Shown: positions 18,535-29,110, numbered from the stretch's first letter. The stretch is 64,000 nucleotides of DNA from an uncultured Gammaproteobacteria bacterium (GCA_964525495.1 CAZGHS010000001.1:102263-166262), one strand, 5' to 3'. Program-made: numbers and translations. The notes: generated by a model not told the origin, from the letters alone.

Positions 18535-19002
18535 CTAGCGAACACCTAGCTCTTCGATTTTCAAAACTTTCTCAGTCATCTCGATCTTCTTCAACCGTTG
18601 CATATGTCTCGCCTCACCACTAAACGCAGTATCAAGCCAGACACGAACTATCTCAGTTAATTCAACGGGACTGTTAATATGAGCCCCAAGCACTAACACA
18701 TTTGAATTGTTATGCTCACGAGATTTCTGAGCCATAAATATCGAAGTACACAGAGCAGCTCGCACGCCTCGCACTTTATTTGCGGCAATTGCCATGCCAA
18801 TTCCAGTATCACAAATAAGAATTCCTTGACCATAGCCTTTAGCAACACGTACAGCTACTCGTTGAGCATAGTCTACATAATCGTCGCCAGGAATCAAGAC
18901 CTCAGCACCTAAATCTTCAAAAGGAATTTCAATTTGATGAAGCATCTCTTTCACAAGATCTTTCGCTTCAAAACCTGCATGATCAGCACCGAGGAATAAC
19001 AT
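18535..19002 (-). CDS. rpiB: Ribose-5-phosphate isomerase B
   Basis: GADHAG, DY, CDTGIGMAIAANKV, REHNNSNVL, RH; start set at 19002. Confidence 0.93.
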   Translation of the reverse strand: MLFLGADHAGFEAKDLVKEMLHQIEIPFEDLGAEVLIPGDDYVDYAQRVAVRVAKGYGQGILICDTGIGMAIAANKVRGVRAALCTSIFMAQKSREHNNSNVLVLGAHINSPVELTEIVRVWLDTAFSGEARHMQRLKKIEMTEKVLKIEELGVR

Positions 19003-19069
19003 ACTATCACCACTGTAGCAAAATCTAATGCCAGTGACAACATCAAGAGAATTCTCTAAACTAAGAGTA

Positions 19070-20374
19070 ATGCAAAAAATTATTCTCACCACTGTTCCTA
19101 CGGGACTCGGCCATATTCGTGTCACCAAAGCTCTAGCGAAAGGTCTGCCTGCAAATATCAACCCGACCATACTCGGAGTCCAAGACGAAACTACAGCCAT
19201 GCTGTATCGCATCATCAGTACCAATTTTTATCTACGTTGGTTACTCGAGTTCACTCAGACCAATCCGATTGTTGAAAAAACTTCGACAAATATTCTCAAC
19301 TTCATCCAAACTTCAGATACAAAAAGTACTGAAATAATGCTCAGAGAATTTATCGGTGAGGATCCAGAGACTAAAATAATAATCGTCTCCACCCACGCCT
19401 TTATTGCCCAAAAAATTCAAAAGATAATAAACAGCAAAGTGATTCCAAACCCCATATTTCACGCAGTCATCATCACGGATGACTCGCCACAACGTTTCTG
19501 GATGGTCGACGCAGATATTATCTTTGCTCCCAGTCACTTCACTAAAAATACTCTAGAAAAACTTTACAAAAAAGATAACCGCAAGGCGCCCCTCATCAAA
19601 GTAAACCCATATCCCATCAATCCAGAGTTCTGCGAAAAGATCAGACCAGAAGTGCTCTACAACAAAATCGAACAGTTGCATCCAGAAAATCCACAAAAAG
19701 CTCGCATCTGCATCCCTGTCAGTGGAGCAGCGGTCCAATTGGATTATTACACCATCCTCATCGAAGAACTTCTCGCAGAAGATACCCGCAATCCGCACCG
19801 CGAGTTTACATTCTCAATAGTCACCAGAGAGGGAAACTACACACAACCGTTTATCAGTCATTTCCGTGAAGAGCTTGAGGTTTCATTCCATATCGGTGCT
19901 AACGACGAACAAACGGTCGAACTCTACGACCAGCTCTATCATCAACCAAACCCACCCGCGATCGAGATCACGAAACCATCAGAACAAGCGTTCAAAGCCC
20001 TCACTACTCCCGACACGGTCGGTGGACCGATACTGCTTCTTACCGACCCTGTCGGCCGACAAGAATACGATAATCTTAATTTCCTTGAGCGCCACAGTCT
20101 CATGCCTTCACCCCATGAACAATTAGAAATACTCGAAGCTTTCGCAACAGGCAACAAAGAAAAACTCGAAAATATGAGACAAATGGCACACACATGGCGC
20201 TGCTTACGCCTACCATCAGACCCCATCCAAGCATCACAATTCATAATAAAATGTTTTAAGCACGGAATATTTATAGCCATGCAAGACTACAGAAGATACA
20301 CCCACACCGACGAACTCGCACCCGACGGCGTCAAGCAGATATGGGAGACTGTATTACTTTCAAAACCGCTGTAG
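19070..20374 (+). CDS. Putative GT-B glycosyltransferase (MGDG synthase/GT28-like)
   Basis: GLGHIRV, IVSTH, IITD, ITKPS, GRQEYDN. Confidence 0.55.
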   Translation: MQKIILTTVPTGLGHIRVTKALAKGLPANINPTILGVQDETTAMLYRIISTNFYLRWLLEFTQTNPIVEKTSTNILNFIQTSDTKSTEIMLREFIGEDPETKIIIVSTHAFIAQKIQKIINSKVIPNPIFHAVIITDDSPQRFWMVDADIIFAPSHFTKNTLEKLYKKDNRKAPLIKVNPYPINPEFCEKIRPEVLYNKIEQLHPENPQKARICIPVSGAAVQLDYYTILIEELLAEDTRNPHREFTFSIVTREGNYTQPFISHFREELEVSFHIGANDEQTVELYDQLYHQPNPPAIEITKPSEQAFKALTTPDTVGGPILLLTDPVGRQEYDNLNFLERHSLMPSPHEQLEILEAFATGNKEKLENMRQMAHTWRCLRLPSDPIQASQFIIKCFKHGIFIAMQDYRRYTHTDELAPDGVKQIWETVLLSKPL

Positions 20375-20426
20375 ATGATATTTTAAGAAAACATTTGCGA
20401 TTAGGATGTTTTTAAAAAATATCATC
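20374..20426. terminator. AT-rich inverted repeat between convergent genes
   Basis: GATGATATTTT...AAAATATCATC arms with inner AAAACAT/ATGTTTT. Confidence 0.6.
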
Positions 20427-20444
20427 AAAGAAGGTTTTGGATAA

Positions 20445-21647
20445 TTATACTGTAAACTGTCCCTTCTCATAGATAACCTTCTCACTCCCATCAGGCAACA
20501 CCGCTGTCACAGTCCTATCCTCGATCGAAAACACATCGGTATGCACAGCACTATCATTAAAGCCCATTTCATCCCACTTTTCCTTTGGGGTCGAAGCTAC
20601 TTTACCCACATACGCATCTTTATACGCCATACCAAAAGCCACATGCGTATTCCCGTACTCTCCACCATAGTTCTCATCATACAAAGTCTGCCCCATGAAC
20701 CGATCGATACGAGACATTCGTTTATCCGTCAAAGAAAATTCACCAATCTTATTCGCGTTAACCACAGATATCATATCTTTCAGTAGTTGCTCATTCTCAT
20801 ACGCACTCGCCGAAACAACTTCTCCGTCTTTAAACGTCACATCAATATCACTCACTTTATTCCCATATCTAAAAAGCGGTACATTAAATTTAATTCGTCC
20901 ATTTGTCCCTCTCCAATCAGGTGAAGTAAACACTTCAAACGAAGGGATATTTCGTCCACTTCCTCCCAACCACTGGCGCGTAGATCCAAGCTGCACCCAC
21001 AAATCCACATTTTCAGACTTCACATGCACTTTCTCAATCTTCATATCATTCAAAGTCTTCTTCAACCGCTCCTGCTCGTGAAATATCTCTTTCCATTTAG
21101 CTATCGGATCGTCCAAATCTAAGTAACAAGCTTTAATTATCTGACTCCAATACTCCTCATGACTCATCCCTGCATCCTTCGCCTCAAGCTCAGTACCATA
21201 ACTGGCCAAGGTCCACGTAAGTTTCCTTTCTCCTTCTTTCTCAAATCGCCAATCCTGATACGGTTTCATAGCTTTACTATGCGTCATTAATTTTTTACTA
21301 TCCACGCCCTGCAGCTCATATTTATCCGCTTCTGACAAAATCCGCATTGTATGGTCAGCCTGATCCACGATCCCGCGATAATATTTATCTGCAAAAAAAG
21401 TTAATTGCTCCTCGCTTGCCAATTCATAAAACTCACGTGCACCTACATCATCAAAGTAATTCATAAATATAGCATGACCACCGGCTTCCAACACGGCTCG
21501 TCGCAAAAACCGCACCATAGCCTTTGCAGATTCAGGCACTGCAATTACAACCACCTCACCTTTTTTAATTCCCTCTCCGCCACCCAGTGCGAACTTAATC
21601 AGCAAGTCAGAATACTTTTTCAAAACATCATCAGATGGAATATACAT
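20445..21647 (-). CDS. Aminopeptidase, M29 (AmpS/AmpT) family
   Basis: NIPSFEVFTSP, GEF, LYDEN, HVAFG, SAVHTD. Confidence 0.9.
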   Translation of the reverse strand: MYIPSDDVLKKYSDLLIKFALGGGEGIKKGEVVVIAVPESAKAMVRFLRRAVLEAGGHAIFMNYFDDVGAREFYELASEEQLTFFADKYYRGIVDQADHTMRILSEADKYELQGVDSKKLMTHSKAMKPYQDWRFEKEGERKLTWTLASYGTELEAKDAGMSHEEYWSQIIKACYLDLDDPIAKWKEIFHEQERLKKTLNDMKIEKVHVKSENVDLWVQLGSTRQWLGGSGRNIPSFEVFTSPDWRGTNGRIKFNVPLFRYGNKVSDIDVTFKDGEVVSASAYENEQLLKDMISVVNANKIGEFSLTDKRMSRIDRFMGQTLYDENYGGEYGNTHVAFGMAYKDAYVGKVASTPKEKWDEMGFNDSAVHTDVFSIEDRTVTAVLPDGSEKVIYEKGQFTV

Positions 21648-21699
21648 ACGCGGCCTCCAATCTCATTAATTTAAACTCATTGTACTATAGTATGGTAAA

Positions 21700-22689
21700 A
21701 TGAATTCAATGAGCAAAACAGAGCACCCTCTCAGCTGGCACGCAATAGCGCGCGTAGTTATAACAATATCCGCAATTTATCTCGCCTGGCAGCTTTACGG
21801 CACCTTACTAATGATATTCGTATCAATCATGCTCGCCGCCGCTTTCTATCCTATCGTTATGAAGCTAGCCGAGAAGCGGATTTCTATAACTCTTTCATCA
21901 ATATTTGTAGTTCTTACGCTCATATTGCCGATCATAATTATTCTCTTCACGATTCTTCCTGGAATCGTTCAGCAATTCCCAGAAATAGTTAGAACAGTCG
22001 ACAGAGCAGTCAAAGAATCCACCGTCCTTCCACCAACCTTGCGCGATATTGACCTCACTCAATACGCACAAAATGCTGCAAGTTACGTAGTCCAATCAAC
22101 ATCAAAAATCACAAACTTCGTGGGAACGTTCTTTACGATTATATTCTTAACCCTATATTTCCTAATCGACTCCAAACGTCTTAATGAACTCATCCTTTCC
22201 ATAATTCCAGAGGGCAGTCGCACCAAAGCAGAAAAGCTCACGGAAGAGCTCACTAAAATTAACGGTCAATATATTCGAGGGAATCTTCTTATCTCACTAG
22301 TCTGCGGAATATCTATATTCATTGGACTATTACTTATCGGCGTCCCTTATGCTGCTCCACTCGCTCTCTTTGCCGCCCTTGTTGATATGCTTCCACTGAT
22401 CGGCGCAATCATCGGTGCGATCCCAGCTATCATCATCGCGTTCGCAGTCAACCCCACAGCTGGAGTTCTGACACTCCTACTTTTCATCATCTATCAACAA
22501 ATTGAAAACAATATTCTCTCACCTAATATCTATAACAAAGCTCTTAACCTCTCTCCAGCACTTAGCTTCATTGCCGTACTGATAGGTGGATCAATAGCAG
22601 GTATAGTCGGCGCATTTATAGCTCTTCCGATTGCAGCAAGCATTCCAACAATAGTTAAATATGTACAAAATTATGATGAGGTTAAGTAA
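21700..22689 (+). CDS. AI-2E family transporter
   Basis: Multi-TM; YIRG, QQIENNILSP, GAFIALP. Confidence 0.85.
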   Translation: MNSMSKTEHPLSWHAIARVVITISAIYLAWQLYGTLLMIFVSIMLAAAFYPIVMKLAEKRISITLSSIFVVLTLILPIIIILFTILPGIVQQFPEIVRTVDRAVKESTVLPPTLRDIDLTQYAQNAASYVVQSTSKITNFVGTFFTIIFLTLYFLIDSKRLNELILSIIPEGSRTKAEKLTEELTKINGQYIRGNLLISLVCGISIFIGLLLIGVPYAAPLALFAALVDMLPLIGAIIGAIPAIIIAFAVNPTAGVLTLLLFIIYQQIENNILSPNIYNKALNLSPALSFIAVLIGGSIAGIVGAFIALPIAASIPTIVKYVQNYDEVK

Positions 22690-23549
22690 CGACTCTTCTG
22701 CCCACACTCCACACTACATCCACCCTGGAATTTAGTATCACATGCTTCACAACACACGATCTGCTTATTGCACAACACATTGGAACAGTTAATCATCCGC
22801 GCGCTCTTTTCTTCACAATGCACACAAGTTGAAACAAGCACTTCCTTATCAGGAGAATTTACGTCCACGGCAATTCGTTTATCAAACACATAACACTTAC
22901 CCTCCCAACCATCGTCTGGGAACTCGTTGCCGTACGTCACAATTCCACCATGCAACTGTTTCACATCCTCGAAACCCATCTTCTTCATCAAAGCTGAAGC
23001 TTTCTCACACCGCACGCCACCAGTACAATACGTCACAATCTTTTTCTGTTTCAAATGAGCCATCTCAACAAGCGCTTGTGGGAAATCACGGAAATTATGA
23101 ATATCTGGTGTGATCGCATTACGAAATTTTCCTACCATCGACTCATAATTGTTGCGCGCATCGACCAAATAATATTCCTCACCGCTGTGCATCAAAGCAT
23201 TTAACTCTTCGGGACTAATATATTCAGCAGCTTCATCAGCACTCACAGTAGTACCTACACCCAACGTCACTATTTCTTCCCGTACCACGACACGCAATTT
23301 AGGAAACACCTGTTCCTCTGAGTCGCTCTCCTTGAACTCCATATCAGCGAATCGCACATCGGCACATATCTCGCGCTTATACTCTTCACATGCTTCCACA
23401 CTCCCACAGACAGTACCATTCAATCCTTCTTCAGCAAGCAAAATACGTCCATGTAAGCCAAGACGTTCACAAAGCGCAAACTGACTATCCCGCAAAGCTT
23501 GCGGATTTTCAATTTTTACATATTTGTAATACAACAGTACGCGAAACAT
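22671..23549 (-). CDS. trhO: Rhodanese-related tRNA uridine hydroxylase TrhO (UPF0176)
   Basis: LLYYKY, GRILLAEEGLNGT, DARNNYE, YCTGGVRCEK, GKCYVFDKR, C-terminal Cys cluster. Confidence 0.88.
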   Translation of the reverse strand: MFRVLLYYKYVKIENPQALRDSQFALCERLGLHGRILLAEEGLNGTVCGSVEACEEYKREICADVRFADMEFKESDSEEQVFPKLRVVVREEIVTLGVGTTVSADEAAEYISPEELNALMHSGEEYYLVDARNNYESMVGKFRNAITPDIHNFRDFPQALVEMAHLKQKKIVTYCTGGVRCEKASALMKKMGFEDVKQLHGGIVTYGNEFPDDGWEGKCYVFDKRIAVDVNSPDKEVLVSTCVHCEEKSARMINCSNVLCNKQIVCCEACDTKFQGGCSVECGQKSRYLTSS

Positions 23550-24106
23550 TATTTTCCTCCTAAATACCACAGAAGCGTTTCATACTCTTTCCACTGTGGT
23601 ACTAGCCGATCATCACGTTCATAAATCATTCTTCCAAAGTCATTCTGTGTTACCAATTCCAAACCATTCATCTCCTGTGTATCAAACTTAAAATCAAACA
23701 GATTTACATCGCTCTTCCAAATATATACATCATGAAACTCGTTATTGATATACTCAGGTATTTTTTTCGTTGAACCCTTAAAGCTCGTCTTATCCGTCAT
23801 CAGAAACTCTAACTGGTCAACAGGAATCGTAAGCCCGACCTCTTCCATAGCCTCTCTGACCACAGTCTCTTCAGCAGTCATACCAGCTGAAATATGTCCG
23901 ATCACTGTCGCTTCCATCAGGTTCGGCTTAAGATAAAAATCTGCAGATCGTTTTTGCAAAAATATATCACCGTAGGTATTCACGATCCACAAATGGACTG
24001 TCCTGTGCCAAAGACCCTCAGTATGCACTTCGATTCGATTCTTAACAACACCGGTATTCTGACCGCGCTCATCCAAGACATCTAGCTGTTCAGTAGAACT
24101 ATTCAT
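23549..24106 (-). CDS. NUDIX hydrolase (IPP isomerase-like subgroup)
   Basis: HTEGLWHRTVH, LQKRS, GH...REAMEEVG. Confidence 0.8.
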   Translation of the reverse strand: MNSSTEQLDVLDERGQNTGVVKNRIEVHTEGLWHRTVHLWIVNTYGDIFLQKRSADFYLKPNLMEATVIGHISAGMTAEETVVREAMEEVGLTIPVDQLEFLMTDKTSFKGSTKKIPEYINNEFHDVYIWKSDVNLFDFKFDTQEMNGLELVTQNDFGRMIYERDDRLVPQWKEYETLLWYLGGK

Positions 24107-24131
24107 CGCCAAATTATACTAAAAAAAGGGA

Positions 24132-24314
24132 TTATAACGCCAGTAGCGCGCCAAGCAAGCTACCTACGACCGCTATACAGACAAAAAGCAGCACCAAAAA
24201 CGCTGGAGAATCATAAAAAGACTCTTTTTGAGGATGCTGGATAATATGATCCTCCAAAGAATCAAGCGAGGATTGATTGACCTGAGGCTTCACATAATGT
24301 GTCTGAGTAGGCAT
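24132..24314 (-). CDS. Small protein with C-terminal TM helix (60 aa)
   Basis: ATG 24314; hydrophobic C-terminus. Confidence 0.45.
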   Translation of the reverse strand: MPTQTHYVKPQVNQSSLDSLEDHIIQHPQKESFYDSPAFLVLLFVCIAVVGSLLGALLAL

Positions 24315-24411
24315 ACACCTACTGTAACCCGAGCAAAAATATGAGTCAATAATCACAAAAAGTACATCAAACTTGCTAACTTCTTTCACTCCAGGTAGAA
24401 TCCTACCTACG

Positions 24412-24663
24412 ATGACTACAGAATCACCAACATTCAGACCTGGAGCACTCTGCAAATTTAGGGAGACATGCAGTAATTTGGGACATTGCCAGCTCGCAAC
24501 AACTCTCAACCATGAAATAGTAACCGGTGCAAAAAGCACGGTACAAAATGAGTTAAATAAAGAGTCGTGTAATCATGCGACCTTAATACTTGCAAGACAT
24601 GCAGCACAGCGCCGTCTGAAAGAACCTATTGAGCAAAATTCAAACCAAAATCTGCTTCGTTAA
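24412..24663 (+). CDS. Small Cys4 orphan (83 aa)
   Basis: Upstream TTGCTA-17-TAGAAT promoter; C-x5-C-x4-HC-x26-C. Confidence 0.55.
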   Translation: MTTESPTFRPGALCKFRETCSNLGHCQLATTLNHEIVTGAKSTVQNELNKESCNHATLILARHAAQRRLKEPIEQNSNQNLLR

Positions 24664-24677
24664 GGTATAATAGACCT

Positions 24678-26453
24678 ATGAACATCAAAACCTCCTGGGA
24701 TTTTTCCTCATACTATAACAGCGACTCCGATCCAAAGATTGAAACAGACAAACAAGAGCTAATTAAGGAAACAGACAAGTTCGTCACTAAATGGCAAAAT
24801 CGTACTGACTGGCTTGAAAATCCAAAAACTCTCAAAGAAGCTCTCGATGATTACGACGCATACAACGACCATTTCGGCACATATGGCAAACCAGGAATAT
24901 ATTTTCACCTCCGCACTCAGCAGGATTCAATCGATACAAATCTCAAAGCAAAAGAAAACCAGATCACAGAGCTCGCACACAAACTTGGAAACGATACACA
25001 ATTCTTTACGCTTCGATTAGCTAAAATTCCAACAACGAAGCAGCAAGAATTTCTGCAGTCACCTGAGCTTGCACTATACAAACATTTTCTTGAAAAACTC
25101 TTTGACGTAGCCAAATACACATTGTCCGAAGCTGAAGAAAAAATTCTGACTCTCAAATCAGCACCTGCTCATTCCAATTGGGTACGCATGACTTCAACGT
25201 TCATATCAAAAGAGGAAGGCGAAGTCCTTCTCGAAGACGGCAACAAGGAAACAAAATCATTTGAAGAAATCCTCACCCTGGCATCGATGTCTTTAAACAA
25301 AGAAGTCCGTGATATTGCAACCAGTCAGTTCAATCACATTCTCCAAAAACACGCTGATGTTGCTGTAGAGGAAATGAACTCCATACTCCAAGATAAAAAA
25401 ATTAACGACGAGCTTCGCGGAGCAGATCGTCCAGATACTATGCGCTTAGTTTCTGAAGACATCTCACCTGAAATAGTCGACACGCTTATCCAAGCAGTTT
25501 CAGAAAACAACCAAATCGCTCATGAGTTTTATCAGCTCAAAGCGAAACTTATGGGAGTCGACAAACTTGCATACAACGAACGGAACGTTCCATACGGTGA
25601 CGTAGATAAAAAATATACTTTTGAAGAATCAGTCGAACTTGTCCACAAAGTACTCCACAATCTCGATCCTGAATTTGCAGAAATTTTTACGCGCATGATC
25701 GAAAACGGCCAAGTCGATGCATTCCCTAAAAAAGGCAAACGCGGCGGCGCGTTCTGTGCATATTACGGACCATCCACTCCAACCTTTGTGTTCCTCAACC
25801 ATACAGAACAATTATCTGACGTGCTCACCATCGCACACGAATTCGGTCACGCCATCAACGGCGAACTCATGAAACAAAAAGAAAATTCACTCAACTACGA
25901 CACGCCAATGGGTACAGCCGAGGTAGCAAGCACATTCATGGAAGACTTTGTGCTCGAAGAACTACTCAAAGAAGCCGACCCAGAACTCAAAAAGTCACTT
26001 CTCGTCATGAAGCTCAACGACGATATTTCCACCATTTTCCGTCAAATAGGTTGCTATAGGTTTGAACAAGAACTCCACAAACAATTTAGAGAAAAAGGAT
26101 ATTTATCCAAAGATGAAATTGGTCAGATCTTCCAAAAACATATGACCGAATACATGGGTCCAGCTGTCGATCAACCAGATTGGGCACAGTATTGGTGGGT
26201 ATATTGGTCACACATCCGTTCATTCTTCTATGTGTATTCCTACGCCGGTGGGTTACTTATCTCAAAATCGCTTCAAAACAGCGTCCGCAAAGACAAAGCA
26301 TTCATAAAAAACGTTAAGGAATTCCTCAAAACAGGTAGTTCCGAATCGCCTCAAGAAATCTTTAGTAAAATGGGCGTCGATATAACGGACAAAAAATTCT
26401 GGCTACAAGGAATTGAAGAAATAAAAAGTTTATTAGAGGAGGTGAAAAAATAA
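24678..26453 (+). CDS. Oligoendopeptidase F (M3B family)
   Basis: GKRGGAFC, HEFGH, AEVAS, FYVYSY. Confidence 0.92.
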   Translation: MNIKTSWDFSSYYNSDSDPKIETDKQELIKETDKFVTKWQNRTDWLENPKTLKEALDDYDAYNDHFGTYGKPGIYFHLRTQQDSIDTNLKAKENQITELAHKLGNDTQFFTLRLAKIPTTKQQEFLQSPELALYKHFLEKLFDVAKYTLSEAEEKILTLKSAPAHSNWVRMTSTFISKEEGEVLLEDGNKETKSFEEILTLASMSLNKEVRDIATSQFNHILQKHADVAVEEMNSILQDKKINDELRGADRPDTMRLVSEDISPEIVDTLIQAVSENNQIAHEFYQLKAKLMGVDKLAYNERNVPYGDVDKKYTFEESVELVHKVLHNLDPEFAEIFTRMIENGQVDAFPKKGKRGGAFCAYYGPSTPTFVFLNHTEQLSDVLTIAHEFGHAINGELMKQKENSLNYDTPMGTAEVASTFMEDFVLEELLKEADPELKKSLLVMKLNDDISTIFRQIGCYRFEQELHKQFREKGYLSKDEIGQIFQKHMTEYMGPAVDQPDWAQYWWVYWSHIRSFFYVYSYAGGLLISKSLQNSVRKDKAFIKNVKEFLKTGSSESPQEIFSKMGVDITDKKFWLQGIEEIKSLLEEVKK

Positions 26454-26454
26454 G

Positions 26455-26646
26455 ATGCCGCGCATTGAACGAGATCCCAGAACCCTACGAATAGAGCTTC
26501 AGCTTATGTATACGCTTAGAGTATGCAAATACCAAAACCCTGAAGCGCCACTCTCACCAGTTGAGAAAAGAAGAATAAAAAAGACGGCAAGAGACGTTAT
26601 TAGAGAATTAAACAAAAACGCGAAAACTACAAAACCGAATCAATAA
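26455..26646 (+). CDS. Small basic orphan (63 aa)
   Basis: Starts 1 nt after the peptidase stop; GGAGG just upstream inside the peptidase end. Confidence 0.4.
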   Translation: MPRIERDPRTLRIELQLMYTLRVCKYQNPEAPLSPVEKRRIKKTARDVIRELNKNAKTTKPNQ

Positions 26647-27775
26647 CTCCACCACCAAGTAAAACCCTATCCTTATACATCACAGCACTCTGCCCTGGAG
26701 TTATCCCTCGCTGTGGAGTTTTCAACTTCACGACATACGTCCCATCGCGATTCTCGATTACCGCTGGATTAAAACCACCCATATGTCGCAATCGCACATC
26801 ACACTCCGCGCCATCATCAATCACATCAGCAAACGTATGAGAATGAACCGTGAATTCTGCCCGCTCAGTCTCCCCACCCTTTCCCACAATCAATTGGTTC
26901 TTCTCTTTAATAAAACCAATTACGTAATACGGAACAATTTTATTCGTAGTAAAACCACGTCGCTGTCCGATTGAATAGAACGGCAACCCTTCATGCTTGC
27001 CTATCACCTCACCAGTAGTATCGACCACTTCTCCCGGGTTCACATACTCAGGCATATGTCGCATCAAAAAATCTCGGTAATTATCTCCCGGTATAAAACA
27101 GATATCAAAACTCTCTTTGGAAGTAGCTACCGGCAAATTCCAATCGACAGCCAGTTTTCGCACATCATCCTTCACCATCTCACCTAGAGGAAATACTAAA
27201 TGAACCAAGTCTTCTTGCTTCATCGTATATAAGAAATACGACTGATCCTTCTTCTCATCATCACCCATCATCAAAAACATCGGGTCGTGCTCTGGATATT
27301 TCTCCAATATTTCTCGTCGCTTCTCCATATCATCAAACTTCACTGAATTATATTGCTCGCCATTTTTCTCAACCAGCTTAATATAATGCCCAGTCGCAAG
27401 CATATCAAAACCCAAACCTTGCACATATTTCACCAATCGTCCAGTCTTAATTTTTCGATTACATACCACACAAGGATTCGGCGTGCGCAGTTCCTTAAAC
27501 TCCTTCAAGAAATACTCCACCACAGTCTCTTTAAAGATATCTTCAAAATTAAAGGTATAAAAAGGGATTCCAAGCATGTCACATGTCTTGCGAGCAGCCA
27601 TCAAACTCTCAGTAGAGCAGCACTTATTCTCACGGCCCATCGACGGGTCATACTCTGCCCAAAAATGCAGATGCACCCCAGCCACATCATACCCAGCATC
27701 CACAAGAAGCTTGGCCGATACGCCAGAATCGACCCCACCAGACATCCCCACTGCAACCTTTAATTTTTTATTCAT
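26627..27775 (-). CDS. mnmA: tRNA-specific 2-thiouridylase MnmA
   Basis: SGGVDS, TPNPCVVCN, ATGHY, KDQSYFL, DICF, TPGQ. Confidence 0.96.
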   Translation of the reverse strand: MNKKLKVAVGMSGGVDSGVSAKLLVDAGYDVAGVHLHFWAEYDPSMGRENKCCSTESLMAARKTCDMLGIPFYTFNFEDIFKETVVEYFLKEFKELRTPNPCVVCNRKIKTGRLVKYVQGLGFDMLATGHYIKLVEKNGEQYNSVKFDDMEKRREILEKYPEHDPMFLMMGDDEKKDQSYFLYTMKQEDLVHLVFPLGEMVKDDVRKLAVDWNLPVATSKESFDICFIPGDNYRDFLMRHMPEYVNPGEVVDTTGEVIGKHEGLPFYSIGQRRGFTTNKIVPYYVIGFIKEKNQLIVGKGGETERAEFTVHSHTFADVIDDGAECDVRLRHMGGFNPAVIENRDGTYVVKLKTPQRGITPGQSAVMYKDRVLLGGGVIDSVL

Positions 27776-27817
27776 GGAATACATTATACCAAACGGCTAT
27801 AATAAGCCAAAAACGAA

Positions 27818-28837
27818 CTAGCTACTCCACCCATTCGGATGCTTTTTGTACCAAGTTTCAAGAGCTCGCACACTATCTTCAAGCGATCGTGAAGCCTTCC
27901 ACCCAAGCTTAGAAGAAACTTTGGTAGTATCAGCAACAATCTTCTCAGACTCACCTTTTCGGGCTTCACCCTGTTTCAGATCAAACGACACACCAGTTAT
28001 TTTCTGTACTGCTTTCACAATATCCAAAACCGAGCTCCCTACTCCAGTTCCCAGATTAAATAAATCGCTCTCCCCACCATTACTCAAATACTTCAGAGCA
28101 GCCATATGCGCGCCAGCCAAATCAACTACATTAATATAATCGCGAATCGGCGTTCCATCAGGCGTATTCACCTTTCCGCACGTCAATTCAAAAGGTTGCA
28201 AGCCCAGCGCACCCCGCACCGCATTCTGCACCAACAAAGAGGACGGTCGCTTCGAATCGCCAAGCTCACCACTCTCAAGCGCCCCACACACATTAAAGTA
28301 GCGCAAAATTGTGTAAGAAATACCAAACAATTTACCATACCAATGGATTACTTGTTCAGCAATCAACTTTGACTCACCATACGGACTCTCGGGATGAGTC
28401 GGATGCTTTTCATCAACTGGCATGTATTCTGGACTTCCGTACAAAGCACACGTCGAAGAGAACACAAACCGCTTTACTCCTCGGTCCTTCATTATTTCAA
28501 GCAAATTCAGAGAGCATAAAACATTGTTAGTAAAATATTTATAGGGATTTTCAACAGATTCATTCACACTGCACGAAGCAGCAAAATGCATTACAGCACT
28601 AATACCAGATTCCTTCTCAAATACCTCCACAACCCGAATCTTATCAGTCAAATCCACATCATAATATCGAAATTTCTCTTTTCCAAATACGCTCTCTAGA
28701 TATGCTAAAGGCTCTTTATATCCTGTCGAGAAATTATCTATTCCAACAACTTCATAACCATTTTCAAGCAAGACATGCGCTGCATGAGAACCAATATACC
28801 CACCTGCCCCTGTTAGCAATATTTTTTCACTATTCAT
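27818..28837 (-). CDS. galE: UDP-glucose 4-epimerase
   Basis: TGAGGYIGSH, SST, YGESK, LRYFNV, DGTPIRDYI. Confidence 0.93.
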   Translation of the reverse strand: MNSEKILLTGAGGYIGSHAAHVLLENGYEVVGIDNFSTGYKEPLAYLESVFGKEKFRYYDVDLTDKIRVVEVFEKESGISAVMHFAASCSVNESVENPYKYFTNNVLCSLNLLEIMKDRGVKRFVFSSTCALYGSPEYMPVDEKHPTHPESPYGESKLIAEQVIHWYGKLFGISYTILRYFNVCGALESGELGDSKRPSSLLVQNAVRGALGLQPFELTCGKVNTPDGTPIRDYINVVDLAGAHMAALKYLSNGGESDLFNLGTGVGSSVLDIVKAVQKITGVSFDLKQGEARKGESEKIVADTTKVSSKLGWKASRSLEDSVRALETWYKKHPNGWSS

Positions 28838-28864
28838 AACTATGAATCATATCACAAGAACAAG

Positions 28865-29020
28865 CTAGTTTTTAGACTCTCTTCGAGGCTCCTCCTGGAT
28901 CGGCTCCAAAAAAAGAAATGAGTGAGAGGGCTGATCTAAACCAGCGCCTTTTGTCTCCTCCTGCATATCAGCTATGATTTCCGCAATCTCTCGATCGCCA
29001 TGAACGTCATCATTGTGCAT
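28865..29020 (-). CDS. Small acidic orphan (51 aa, MHNDDVHGDRE...)
   Basis: Translated by hand; GGGAGGAG RBS upstream; below the ORF-track cutoff. Confidence 0.5.
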   Translation of the reverse strand: MHNDDVHGDREIAEIIADMQEETKGAGLDQPSHSFLFLEPIQEEPRRESKN

Positions 29021-29047
29021 AATAATAGGCTCCTCCCTGAATAAGAC

Positions 29048-29074
29048 AAAAAAAGAGCGACCTCTCAGTCGCCC
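29048..29074 (-). terminator. Intrinsic terminator downstream of SOD
   Basis: GGGCGAC-tgagag-GTCGCTC-TTTTTTT. Confidence 0.75.
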
Positions 29075-29110
29075 TGCTTATTCAATTCAAGTATAATAAA
29101 AAATCTCGCT

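Noticed and set aside
18535-19224. N-terminally extended RpiB overlapping the divergent gene
   Set aside because: RpiB homology starts at MLFLGADHAG (19002); the extension is antisense to the neighbouring gene.
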